Assembly (NCBI GenBank): GCA_964057225.1
Contig: OZ059899.1
Coordinates: 2,914,001-2,978,000, forward strand
Source: Auanema rhodensis
Lineage: Eukaryota > Animalia > Nematoda
Direction of reading: 5' to 3'
DNA length: 64,000 nt
Shown here: piece by piece, positions 14,041 to 27,872 of the stretch
Position numbering within the stretch: position 1 is the first letter of the stretch
Layout: the number at the start of each line of letters is the position of its first letter
Translations under genes and position numbers: made by a program
Notes under the pieces: generated by a model
What the model saw: only the letters and a program-made list of their open reading frames with translations
Told to the model about the DNA's origin: nothing
Database searches by the model: none

Positions 14041-16848
14041 TTAAAAATGCACCGAGATATCAACTGATATAAGTTCACACTTATATCCTCGATTTTCACC
14101 CTGAAGAATTATTTTTTTCGTTGAATAACATTGTCCATCGTCTTTGCCTTGAAAAATGGAATCTAAAAACCTCTACTTTTTGCTAAATTATTTTGAAATT
14201 TTTCGAAAAAAGTTTTGTCAAAATGTTTTTGGAAGCAATGTTGAGTGTACATGGAAACTCAACATACACTAATGCATCATTTTTCAAACGATCATACCTA
14301 ATTTGTGTATTAAGCGTTTCTCAATGTAGTATAGTGCATTCGATGCGGAATTTTAAGCTGCGTCGATCTGTGTTATCAGATTTGCGCTAGCTTAAAAATG
14401 CACCGAGATATCAACTGATATAAGTTCACACTTATATCCTCGATTTTCACCCTGAAGAATTAATTTTTTCGTTGAATAACATTGTCCATCGTCTTTGCCT
14501 TAAAAAAAGGAATCTAAAAACATCTACTTTTTGCTAAATTATTTTGAAATTTTTCGAAAAAATTTTTGTCAAATTGTTTTTGGAAGCAATGTTGAGTGTA
14601 CATGGAAACTCAACATACACTAATGCATCATTTTTCAAACGATCATAACTAATTTTTGTATCAAGCGTTTCTCAATGTAGTATAGTGCATTCGATGCGGA
14701 TTTTTAAGCTGCGTCGATCTGTGTTATCAGATTTGCGCTAGCTTAAAAATGCACCGAGATATCAACTGATATAAGTTCACACTTATATCCTCGATTTTCA
14801 CCCTGAAGAATTAATTTTTTCGCTGAATAACATTGTCCATCGTCTTTGCCTTGAAAAATGGAATCTGAAAACAACTACTTTTTGCTAAATTATTTTGAAA
14901 TTTTTCGAAAAAATTTTTGTCAAAATGTTTTTGGAAGCAATGTTGAGTGTACATGGAAACTCAACATACACTAATGCATCATTTTTCAAACGATCATAAC
15001 TAATTTTTGTATTAAGCGTTTCTCAATGTAGTATAGTGCATTCGATGCGGATTTTCAAGCTGCGTCGATCTGTGTTATCAGATTTGCGCTAGCTTAAAAA
15101 TGCACCGAGATATCAACTGATATAAGTTCACACTTATATCCTCGATTTTCACCCTGAAGAATTATTTTTTTCGTTGAATAACATTGTCCATCGTCTTTGC
15201 CTTGAAAAATGGAATCTAAAAACCTCTACTTTTTGCTAAATTATTTTGAAATTTTTCGAAAAAAGTTTTGTCAAAATGTTTTTGGAAGCAATGTTGAGTG
15301 TACATGGAAACTCAACATACACTAATGCATCATTTTTCAAACGATCATACCTAATTTGTGTATTAAGCGTTTCTCAATGTAGTATAGTGCATTCGATGCG
15401 GATTTTTAAGCTGCGTCGATCCGTGTTATCAGATTTGCGCTAGCTTAAAAATGCACCGAGATATCAACTGATATAAGTTCACACTTATATCCTCGATTTT
15501 CACCCTGAAGAATTAATTTTTTCGTTGAATAACATTGTCCATCGTCTTTGCCTTAAAAAAAGGAATCTAAAAACATCTACTTTTTGCTAAATTATTTTGA
15601 AATTTTTCGAAAAAATTTTTGTCAAATTGTTTTTGGAAGCAATGTTGAGTGTACATGGAAACTCAACATACACTAATGCATCATTTTTCAAACGATCATA
15701 ACTAATTTTTGTATCAAGCGTTTCTCAATGTAGTATAGTGCATTCGATGCGGATTTTTAAGCTGCGTCGATCTGTGTTATCAGATTTGCGTTAGCTTAAA
15801 AATGCACCGAGATATCAACTGATATAAGTTCACACTTATATCCTCGATTTTCACCCTGAAGAATTAATTTTTTCGCTGAATAACATTGTCCATCGTCTTT
15901 GCCTTGAAAAATGGAATCTGAAAACAACTACTTTTTGCTAAATTATTTTGAAATTTTTCGAAAAAATTTTTGTCAAAATGTTTTTGGAAGCAATGTTGAG
16001 TGTACATGGAAACTCAACATACACTAATGCATCATTTTTCAAACGATCATAACTAATTTTTGTATTAAGCGTTTCTCAATGTAGTATAGTGCATTCGATG
16101 CGGATTTTCAAGCTGCGTCGATCTGTGTTATCAGATTTGCGCTAGCTTAAAAATGCACCGAGATATCAACTGATATAAGTTCACACTTATATCCTCGATT
16201 TTCACCCTGAAGAATTATTTTTTTCGTTGAATAACATTGTCCATCGTCTTTGCCTTGAAAAATGGAATCTAAAAACCTCTACTTTTTGCTAAATTATTCT
16301 GAAATTTTTCGAAAAAAGTTTTGTCAAAATGTTTTTGGAAGCAATGTTGAGTGTACATGGAAACTCAACATACACTAATGCATCATTTTTCAAACGATCA
16401 TACCTAATTTGTGTATTAAGCGTTTCTCAATGTAGTATAGTGCATTCGATGCGGATTTTTAAGCTGCGTCGATCCGTGTTATCAGATTTGCGCTAGCTTA
16501 AAAATGCACCGAGATATCAACTGATATAAGTTCACACTTATATCCTCGATTTTCACCCTGAAGAATTAATTTTTTCGTTGAATAACATTGTCCATCGTCT
16601 TTGCCTTAAAAAAAGGAATCTAAAAACATCTACTTTTTGCTAAATTATTTTGAAATTTTTCGAAAAAATTTTTGTCAAATTGTTTTTGGAAGCAATGTTG
16701 AGTGTACATGGAAACTCAACATACACTAATGCATCATTTTTCAAACGATCATAACTAATTTTTGTATCAAGCGTTTCTCAATGTAGTATAGTGCATTCGA
16801 TGCGGATTTTTAAGCTGCGTCGATCTGTGTTATCAGATTTGCGTTAGC
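14041..16848 (+). repeat. Higher-order repeat, 3-mer (1053 bp)
   Basis: The 'aacctctac/aaaagtttt/catacc/tgtgtat' monomer starts at 14041, 15094 and 16147. ORF copies at 14193 and 15246 are 1053 bp apart. Confidence 0.85.
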
Positions 16849-19305
16849 TTAAAAATGCACCGAGATATCAACTGATATAAGTTCACACTTATATCCTCGA
16901 TTTTCACCCTGAAGAATTAATTTTTTTGTTGAATAACATTGTCTATCGTCTCCGCCTTGAAAAATGGAATCTAAAAACATCTACTTTTTGCTAAATTATT
17001 TTGAAATTTTTCGAAAAAATTTTTGTCAAAATGTTTTTGGAAGCAATGTTGAGTGTACATGGAAACTCAACATACACTAATGCATCATTTTTCAAACGAT
17101 CATAACTAATTTTTGTATCAGGCGTTTCTCAATGTAGTATAGTGCATTCGATGCGGATTTTTAAGCTGCGTCGATCTGTGTTATCAGATTTGCGCTAGCT
17201 TAAAAATGCACCGAGATATCAACTGATATAAGTTCACACTTATATCCTCGATTTTCACCCTGAAGAATTATTTTTTTCGTTGAATAACATTGTCCATCGT
17301 CTTTGCCTTGAAAAAAGAAATCTAAAAACCTCTACTTTTTGCTAAATTATTTTGAAATTTTTCGAAAAAATTTTTGTCAAAATGTTTTTGGAAGCAATGT
17401 TGAGTGTACATGGAAACTCAACATACACTAATGCATCATTTTTCAAACGATCATAACTAATTTGTGTATTAAGCGTTTCTCAATGTAGTATAGTGCATTC
17501 GATGCGGATTTTTAAGCTGCGTCGATCTGTGTTATCAGATTTGCGCTAGCTTAAAAATGCACCGAGATATCAACTGATATAAGTTCACACTTATATCCTC
17601 GATTTTCACCCTGAAGAATTAATTTTCTTGTTGAATAACATTGTCTATCGTCTCCGCCTTGAAAAATGGAATCTAAAAACATCTACTTTTTGCTAAATTA
17701 TTTTGAAATTTTTCGAAATAAGTTTTGTCAAAATGTTTTTGGAAGCAATGTTGAGTGTACATGGAAACTCAACATACACTAATGCATCATTTTTCAAACG
17801 ATCATACCTAATTTGTGTATTAAGCGTTTCTCAATGTAGTATAGTGCATTCGATGCGGATTTTTAAGCTGCGTCGATCTGTGTTATCAGATTTGCGTTAG
17901 CTTAAAAATGCACCGAGATATCAACTGATATAAGTTCACACTTATATCCTCGATTTTCACCCTGAAGAATTAATTTTTTCGTTGAATAACATTGTCCATC
18001 GTCTTTGCCTTAAAAAAAGGAATCTAAAAACATCTACTTTTTGCTAAATTATTTTGAAATTTTTCGAAAAAATTTTTGTCAAATTGTTTTTGGAAGCAAT
18101 GTTGAGTGTACATGGAAACTCAACATACACTAATGCATCATTTTTCAAACGATCATAACTAATTTTTGTATCAAGCGTTTCTCAATGTAGTATAGTGCAT
18201 TCGATGCGGATTTTTAAGCTGCGTCGATCTGTGTTATCAGATTTGCGTTAGCTTAAAAATGCACCGAGATATCAACTGATATAAGTTCACACTTATATCC
18301 TCGATTTTCACCCTGAAGAATTAATTTTTTTGTTGAATAACATTGTCTATCGTCTTCGCCTTGAAAAATGGAATCTAAAAACATCTACTTTTTGCTAAAT
18401 TATTTTGAAATTTTTCGAAAAAATTTTTGTCAAAATGTTTTTGGAAGCAATGTTGAGTGTACATGGAAACTCAACATACACTAATGCATCATTTTTCAAA
18501 CGATCATAACTAATTTTTGTATCAGGCGTTTTTCAATGTAGTATAGTGCATTCGATGCGGATTTTTAAGCTGCGTCGATCTGTGTTATCAGATTTGCGCT
18601 AGCTTAAAAATGCACCGAGATATCAACTGATATAAGTTCACACTTATATCCTCGATTTTCACCCTGAAGAATTAATTTTTTCGTTGAATAACATTGTCCA
18701 TCGTCTTTGCCTTAAAAAAAGGAATCTAAAAACATCTACTTTTTGCTAAATTATTTTGAAATTTTTCGAAAAAATTTTTGTCAAATTGTTTTTGGAAGCA
18801 ATGTTGAGTGTACATGGAAACTCAACATACACTAATGCATCATTTTTCAAACGATCATAACTAATTTTTGTATCAAGCGTTTCTCAATGTAGTATAGTGC
18901 ATTCGATGCGGATTTTTAAGCTGCGTCGATCTGTGTTATCAGATTTGCGTTAGCTTAAAAATGCACCGAGATATCAACTGATATAAGTTCACACTTATAT
19001 CCTCGATTTTCACCCTGAAGAATTAATTTTTTTGTTGAATAACATTGTCTATCGTCTTCGCCTTGAAAAATGGAATCTAAAAACATCTACTTTTTGCTAA
19101 ATTATTTTGAAATTTTTCGAAAAAATTTTTGTCAAAATGTTTTTGGAAGCAATGTTGAGTGTACATGGAAACTCAACATACACTAATGCATCATTTTTCA
19201 AACGATCATAACTAATTTTTGTATCAGGCGTTTTTCAATGTAGTATAGTGCATTCGATGCGGATTTTTAAGCTGCGTCGATCTGTGTTATCAGATTTGCG
19301 CTAGC

Positions 19306-22113
19306 TTAAAAATGCACCGAGATATCAACTGATATAAGTTCACACTTATATCCTCGATTTTCACCCTGAAGAATTATTTTTTTCGTTGAATAACATTGTC
19401 CATCGTCTTTGCCTTGAAAAAAGAAATCTAAAAACCTCTACTTTTTGCTAAATTATTTTGAAATTTTTCGAAAAAATTTTTGTCAAAATGTTTTTGGAAG
19501 CAATGTTGAGTGTACATGGAAACTCAACATACACTAATGCATCATTTTAGAAACGATCATAACTAATTTGTGTATTGAGCGTTTCTCAATGTAGTATAGT
19601 GCATTCGATGCGGATTTTTAAGCTGCGTCGATCTGTGTTATCAGATTTGCGCTAGCTTAAAAATGCACCGAGATATCAACTGATATAAGTTCACACTTAT
19701 ATCCTCGATTTTCACCCTGAAGAATTAATTTTTTCGTTGAATAACATTGTCCATCGTCTTTGCCTTAAAAAAAGGAATCTAAAAACATCTACTTTTTGCT
19801 AAATTATTTCGAAATTTTTCGAAAAAATTTTTGTCAAATTGTTTCTGGAAGCAATGTTGAGTGTACATGGAAACTCAACATACACTAATGCATCATTTTT
19901 CAAACGATCATAACTAATTTTTGTATCAAGCGTTTCTCAATGTAGTATAGTGCATTCGATGCGGATTTTTAAGCTGCGTCGATCTGTGTTATCAGATTTG
20001 CGTTAGCTTAAAAATGCACCGAGATATCAACTGATATAAGTTCACACTTATATCCTCGATTTTCACCCTGAAGAATTAATTTTTTCGTTGAATAACATTG
20101 TCTATCGTCTTCGCCTTAAAAAATGGAATCTAAAAACATCTACTTTTTGCTAAATTATTTTGAAATTTTTCGAAAAAATTTTTGTCAAAATGTTTTTGGA
20201 AGCAATGTTGAGTGTACATGGAAACTCAACATACACTAATGCATCATTTTTCAAACGATCATAACTAATTTTTGTATCAGGCGTTTCTCAATGTAGTATA
20301 GTGCATTCGATGCGGATTTTTAAGCTGCGTCGATCTGTGTTATCAGATTTGCGCTAGCTTAAAAATGCACCGAGATATCAACTGATATAAGTTCACACTC
20401 ATATCCTCGATTTTCACCCTGAAGAAATAATTTTTTCGTTGAATAACATTGTCCATCGTCTTTGCCTTGAAAAAAGAAATCTAAAAACATCTACTTTTTG
20501 CTAAATTATTTTGAAATTTTTCGAAAAAATTTTTGTCAAAATGTTTTTGGAAGCAATGTTGAGTGTACATGGAAACTCAACATACACTAATGCATCATTT
20601 TTCAAACGATCATTACTAATTTTTGTATTAAGCGTTTCTCAATGTAGTATAGTGCATTCGATGCGGATTTTTAAGCTGCGTCGATCTGTGTTATCAGATT
20701 TGCGCTAGCTTAAAAATGCACCGAGATATCAACTGATATAAGTTCACACTTATATCCTCGATTTTCACCCTGAAGAATTATTTTTTTCGTTGAATAACAT
20801 TGTCCATCGTCTTTGCCTTGAAAAAAGAAATCTAAAAACCTCTACTTTTTGCTAAATTATTTTGAAATTTTTCGAAAAAATTTTTGTCAAAATGTTTTTG
20901 GAAGCAATGTTGAGTGTACATGGAAACTCAACATACACTAATGCATCATTTTTCAAACGATCATAACTAATTTGTGTATTGAGCGTTTCTCAATGTAGTA
21001 TAGTGCATTCGATGCGGATTTTTAAGCTGCGTCGATCTGTGTTATCAGATTTGCGCTAGCTTAAAAATGCACCGAGATATCAACTGATATAAGTTCACAC
21101 TTATATCCTCGATTTTCACCCTGAAGAATTAATTTTTTCGTTGAATAACATTGTCCATCGTCTTTGCCTTAAAAAAAGGAATCTAAAAACATCTACTTTT
21201 TGCTAAATTATTTTGAAATTTTTCGAAAAAATTTTTGTCAAATTGTTTCTGGAAGCAATGTTGAGTGTACATGGAAACTCAACATACACTAATGCATCAT
21301 TTTTCAAACGATCATAACTAATTTTTGTATCAAGCGTTTCTCAATGTAGTATAGTGCATTCGATGCGGATTTTTAAGCTGCGTCGATCTGTGTTATCAGA
21401 TTTGCGTTAGCTTAAAAATGCACCGAGATATCAACTGATATAAGTTCACACTTATATCCTCGATTTTCACCCTGAAGAATTAATTTTTTCGTTGAATAAC
21501 ATTGTCTATCGTCTTCGCCTTGAAAAATGGAATCTAAAAACATCTACTTTTTGCTAAATTATTTTGAAATTTTTCGAAAAAATTTTTGTCAAAATGTTTT
21601 TGGAAGCAATGTTGAGTGTACATGGAAACTCAACATACACTAATGCATCATTTTTCAAACGATCATAACTAATTTTTGTATCAGGCGTTTCTCAATGTAG
21701 TATAGTGCATTCGATGCGGATTTTTAAGCTGCGTCGATCTGTGTTATCAGATTTGCGCTAGCTTAAAAATGCACCGAGATATCAACTGATATAAGTTCAC
21801 ACTTATATCCTCGATTTTCACCCTGAAGAAATAATTTTTTCGTTGAATAACATTGTCCATCGTCTTTGCCTTGAAAAAAGAAATCTAAAAACATCTACTT
21901 TTTGCTAAATTATTTTGAAATTTTTCGAAAAAATTTTTGTCAAAATGTTTTTGGAAGCAATGTTGAGTGTACATGGAAACTCAACATACACTAATGCATC
22001 ATTTTTCAAACGATCATTACTAATTTTTGTATTAAGCGTTTCTCAATGTAGTATAGTGCATTCGATGCGGATTTTTAAGCTGCGTCGATCTGTGTTATCA
22101 GATTTGCGCTAGC
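19306..22113 (+). repeat. Higher-order repeat, 4-mer (1404 bp), two copies, mirrored again at about 23310-25766
   Basis: The 'cattac' monomer (ORFs 20511 and 21915), the 'gtttctgg' variant and the 'tattgagcg' variant each recur 1404 bp apart. Confidence 0.85.
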
Positions 22114-22632
22114 TTAAAAGTGCACCGAAATATCAACTGATATAAGTTCACACTTATATCCTCGATTTTCACCCTGAAGAAATAATTTTCGCTGAATAAC
22201 ATTGTCCATCGTCTTTGCCTTGAAAAAAGGAATCTAAAAACATCTACTTTTTGCTAAATTATCTTGAAATTTTTCGAAAAAATTTTTGTCAAAATGTTTT
22301 TGGAAGCAATGTTGAGTGTACATGGAAACTCAACATACACTAATGCATCATTTTTCAAACGATCATAACTAATTTTTGTATCAAGCGTTTCTCAATGTAG
22401 TATAGTGCATTCGATGCGGATTTTTAAGTTGCGTCGATCTGTGTTATCAGATTTGCGCTAGCTTAAAAATGCACCGAGATATCAACTGATATAAGTTCAC
22501 ACTTATATCCTCGATTTTCACCCTGAAGAATTATTTTTTTCGTTGAATAACATTGTCCATCGTCTTTGCCTTGTAAAATGGAATCTAAAAACATCTACTT
22601 TTTGCTAAATTATTTTGAAATTTTTGGAAAAA

Positions 22633-22795
22633 ATTTTTGTCAAAATGTTTTTGGAAGCAATGTTGAGTGTACATGGAAACTCAACATACACTAATGCATC
22701 ATTTTTCAAACGATCATAACTAATTTTTGTATCAAGCGTTTCTCAATGTAGTATAGTGCATTTGATATGGATTTTTAAGCTGCGTCGATCTTTTT
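22633..22795. other. Orientation-switch junction 1 (fold-back) with 158-bp spacer
   Basis: 'gcgtcgatc|tttttccaaaaatttc'. Sequence from 22791 is the reverse complement of sequence ending at 22632 (mirror sum 45423). Microhomology is 1 bp (T). Confidence 0.93.
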
Positions 22796-25700
22796 CCAAA
22801 AATTTCAAAATAATTTAGCAAAAAGTAGATGTTTTTAGATTCCATTTTACAAGGCAAAGACGATGGACAATGTTATTCAACGAAAAAAATAATTCTTCAG
22901 GGTGAAAATCGAGGATATAAGTGTGAACTTATATCAGTTGATATCTCGGTGCATTTTTAAGCTAGCGCAAATCTGATAACACAGATCGACGCAACTTAAA
23001 AATCCGCATCGAATGCACTATACTACATTGAGAAACGCTTGATACAAAAATTAGTTATGATCGTTTGAAAAATGATGCATTAGTGTATGTTGAGTTTCCA
23101 TGTACACTCAACATTGCTTCCAAAAACATTTTGACAAAAATTTTTTCGAAAAATTTCAAGATAATTTAGCAAAAAGTAGATGTTTTTAGATTCCTTTTTT
23201 CAAGGCAAAGACGATGGACAATGTTATTCAGCGAAAATTATTTCTTCAGGGTGAAAATCGAGGATATAAGTGTGAACTTATATCAGTTGATATTTCGGTG
23301 CATTTTTAAGCTAGCGCAAATCTGATAACACAGATCGACGCAGCTTAAAAATCCGCATCGAATGCACTATACTACATTGAGAAACGCTTAATACAAAAAT
23401 TAGTAATGATCGTTTGAAAAATGATGCATTAGTGTATGTTGAGTTTCCATGTACACTCAACATTGCTTCCAAAAACATTTTGACAAAAATTTTTTCGAAA
23501 AATTTCAAAATAATTTAGCAAAAAGTAGATGTTTTTAGATTTCTTTTTTCAAGGCAAAGACGATGGACAATGTTATTCAACGAAAAAATTATTTCTTCAG
23601 GGTGAAAATCGAGGATATAAGTGTGAACTTATATCAGTTGATATCTCGGTGCATTTTTAAGCTAGCGCAAATCTGATAACACAGATCGACGCAGCTTAAA
23701 AATCCGCATCGAATGCACTATACTACATTGAGAAACGCCTGATACAAAAATTAGTTATGATCGTTTGAAAAATGATGCATTAGTGTATGTTGAGTTTCCA
23801 TGTACACTCAACATTGCTTCCAAAAACATTTTGACAAAAATTTTTTCGAAAAATTTCAAAATAATTTAGCAAAAAGTAGATGTTTTTAGATTCCATTTTT
23901 CAAGGCGAAGACGATAGACAATGTTATTCAACGAAAAAATTAATTCTTCAGGGTGAAAATCGAGGATATAAGTGTGAACTTATATCAGTTGATATCTCGG
24001 TGCATTTTTAAGCTAACGCAAATCTGATAACACAGATCGACGCAGCTTAAAAATCCGCATCGAATGCACTATACTACATTGAGAAACGCTTGATACAAAA
24101 ATTAGTTATGATCGTTTGAAAAATGATGCATTAGTGTATGTTGAGTTTCCATGTACACTCAACATTGCTTCCAGAAACAATTTGACAAAAATTTTTTCGA
24201 AAAATTTCAAAATAATTTAGCAAAAAGTAGATGTTTTTAGATTCCTTTTTTTAAGGCAAAGACGATGGACAATGTTATTCAACGAAAAAATTAATTCTTC
24301 AGGGTGAAAATCGAGGATATAAGTGTGAACTTATATCAGTTGATATCTCGGTGCATTTTTAAGCTAGCGCAAATCTGATAACACAGATCGACGCAGCTTA
24401 AAAATCCGCATCGAATGCACTATACTACATTGAGAAACGCTCAATACACAAATTAGTTATGATCGTTTGAAAAATGATGCATTAGTGTATGTTGAGTTTC
24501 CATGTACACTCAACATTGCTTCCAAAAACATTTTGACAAAAATTTTTTCGAAAAATTTCAAAATAATTTAGCAAAAAGTAGAGGTTTTTAGATTTCTTTT
24601 TCCAAGGCAAAGACGATGGACAATGTTATTCAACGAAAAAAATAATTCTTCAGGGTGAAAATCGAGGATATAAGTGTGAACTTATATCAGTTGATATCTC
24701 GGTGCATTTTTAAGCTAGCGCAAATCTGATAACACAGATCGACGCAGCTTAAAAATCCGCATCGAATGCACTATACTACATTGAGAAACGCTTAATACAA
24801 AAATTAGTAATGATCGTTTGAAAAATGATGCATTAGTGTATGTTGAGTTTCCATGTACACTCTACATTGCTTCCAAAAACATTTTGACAAAAATTTTTTC
24901 GAAAAATTTCAAAATAATTTAGCAAAAAGTAGATGTTTTTAGATTTCTTTTTTCAAGGCAAAGACGATGGACAATGTTATTCAACGAAAAAATTATTTCT
25001 TCAGGGTGAAAATCGAGGATATAAGTGTGAACTTATATCAGTTGATATCTCGGTGCATTTTTAAGCTAGCGCAAATCTGATAACACAGATCGACGCAGCT
25101 TAAAAATCCGCATCGAATGCACTATACTACATTGAGAAACGCCTGATACAAAAATTAGTTATGATCGTTTGAAAAATGATGCATTAGTGTATGTTGAGTT
25201 TCCATGTACACTCAACATTGCTTCCAAAAACATTTTGACAAAAATTTTTTCGAAAAATTTCAAAATAATTTAGCAAAAAGTAGATGTTTTTAGATTCCAT
25301 TTTTCAAGGCGAAGACGATAGACAATGTTATTCAACGAAAAAATTAATTCTTCAGGGTGAAAATCGAGGATATAAGTGTGAACTTATATCAGTTGATATC
25401 TCGGTGCATTTTTAAGCTAACGCAAATCTGATAACACAGATCGACGCAGCTTAAAAATCCGCATCGAATGCACTATACTACATTGAGAAACGCTTGATAC
25501 AAAAATTAGTTATGATCGTTTGAAAAATGATGCATTAGTGTATGTTGAGTTTCCATGTACACTCAACATTGCTTCCAGAAACAATTTGACAAAAATTTTT
25601 TCGAAAAATTTCAAAATAATTTAGCAAAAAGTAGATGTTTTTAGATTCCTTTTTTTAAGGCAAAGACGATGGACAATGTTATTCAACGAAAAAATTAATT

Positions 25701-27872
25701 CTTCAGGGTGAAAATCGAGGATATAAGTGTGAACTTATATCAGTTGATATCTCGGTGCATTTTTAAGCTAGCGCAAATCTGATAACACAGATCGACGCAG
25801 CTTAAAAATCCGCATCGAATGCACTATACTACATTGAGAAACGCCTGATACAAAAATTAGTTATGATCGTTTGAAAAATGATGCATTAGTGTATGTTGAG
25901 TTTCCATGTACACTCAACATTGCTTCCAAAAACATTTTGACAAAAATTTTTTCGAAAAATTTCAAAATAATTTAGCAAAAAGTAGATGTTTTTAGATTCC
26001 ATTTTTCAAGGCGAAGACGATAGACAATGTTATTCAACAAAAAAATTAATTCTTCAGGGTGAAAATCGAGGATATAAGTGTGAACTTATATCAGTTGATA
26101 TCTCGGTGCATTTTTAAGCTAACGCAAATCTGATAACACAGATCGACGCAGCTTAAAAATCCGCATCGAATGCACTATACTACATTGAGAAACGCTTGAT
26201 ACAAAAATTAGTTATGATCGTTTGAAAAATGATGCATTAGTGTATGTTGAGTTTCCATGTACACTCAACATTGCTTCCAAAAACAATTTGACAAAAATTT
26301 TTTCGAAAAATTTCAAAATAATTTAGCAAAAAGTAGATGTTTTTAGATTCCTTTTTTTAAGGCAAAGACGATGGACAATGTTATTCAACGAAAAAATTAA
26401 TTCTTCAGGGTGAAAATCGAGGATATAAGTGTGAACTTATATCAGTTGATATCTCGGTGCATTTTTAAGCTAACGCAAATCTGATAACACAGATCGACGC
26501 AGCTTAAAAATCCGCATCGAATGCACTATACTACATTGAGAAACGCTTAATACACAAATTAGGTATGATCGTTTGAAAAATGATGCATTAGTGTATGTTG
26601 AGTTTCCATGTACACTCAACATTGCTTCCAAAAACATTTTGACAAAACTTTTTTCGAAAAATTTCAAAATAATTTAGCAAAAAGTAGATGTTTTTAGATT
26701 CCATTTTTCAAGGCAAAGACGATAGACAATGTTATTCAACAAGAAAATTAATTCTTCAGGGTGAAAATCAAGGATATAAGTGTGAACTTATATCAGTTGA
26801 TATCTCGGTGCATTTTTAAGCTAGCGCAAATCTGATAACACAGATCGACGCAGCTTAAAAATCCGCATCGAATGCACTATACTACATTGAGAAACGCTTA
26901 ATACACAAATTAGGTATGATCGTTTGAAAAATGATGCATTAGTGTATGTTGAGTTTCCATGTACACTCAACATTGCTTCCAAAAACATTTTGACAAAACT
27001 TTTTTCGAAAAATTTCAAAATAATTTAGCAAAAAGTAGATGTTTTTAGATTCCATTTTTCAAGGCAAAGACGATAGACAATGTTATTCAACAAGAAAATT
27101 AATTCTTCAGGGTGAAAATCAAGGATATAAGTGTGAACTTATATCAGTTGATATCTCGGTGCATTTTTAAGCTAGCGCAAATCTGATAACACAGATCGAC
27201 GCAGCTTAAAAATCCGCATCGAATGCACTATACTACATTGAGAAACGCTTAATACACAAATTAGTTATGATCGTTTGAAAAATGATGCATTAGTGTATGT
27301 TGAGTTTCCATGTACACTCAACATTGCTTCCAAAAACATTTTGACAAAACTTTTTTTGAAAAATTTCAGAATAATTTAGCAAAAAGTAGATGTTTTTAGA
27401 TTCCATTTTTCAAGGCAAAGACGATAGACAATGTTATTCAACAAGAAAATTAATTCTTCAGGGTGAAAATCGAGGATATAAGTGTGAACTTATATCAGTT
27501 GATATCTCGGTGCATTTTTAAGCTAGCGCAAATCTGATAACACAGATCGACGCAGCTTAAAAATCCGCATCGAATGCACTATACTACATTGAGAAACGCT
27601 TAATACACAAATTAGTTATGATCGTTTGAAAAATGATGCATTAGTGTATGTTGAGTTTCCATGTACACTCAACATTGCTTCCAAAAACATTTTGACAAAA
27701 ATTTTTTCGAAAAATTTCAGAATAATTTAGCAAAAAGTAGAGGTTTTTAGATTTCTTTTTTCAAGGCAAAGACGATGGACAATGTTATTCAACGAAAAAA
27801 ATAATTCTTCAGGGTGAAAATCGAGGATATAAGTGTGAACTTATATCAGTTGATATCTCGGTGCATTTTTAA

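Larger units (their letters stand above)
1..22790 (+). repeat. Satellite domain 1, forward orientation, about 65 monomers
   Basis: Uninterrupted 351-bp phase except one 2-bp deletion near 22185-22190 ('aataattttcgctg'). It ends at '...gcgtcgatc(t)' at 22790/22791. Confidence 0.97.

Noticed and set aside
22633-22795. Junction 1 as a pure sequencing artefact (palindromic chimeric read)
   Set aside because: Disfavoured but not excluded. The arms differ by private SNPs and whole-monomer indels, and a second, structurally different junction restores orientation. Read-level confirmation is still required.
12438-27018. Repeated 65-aa ORF 'MKFFEK...'
   Set aside because: It starts at TTG inside the satellite, is open only in copies where a SNP removes the TAA at 'tcataa', resembles no protein family I recognise, and is stopped in most copies.
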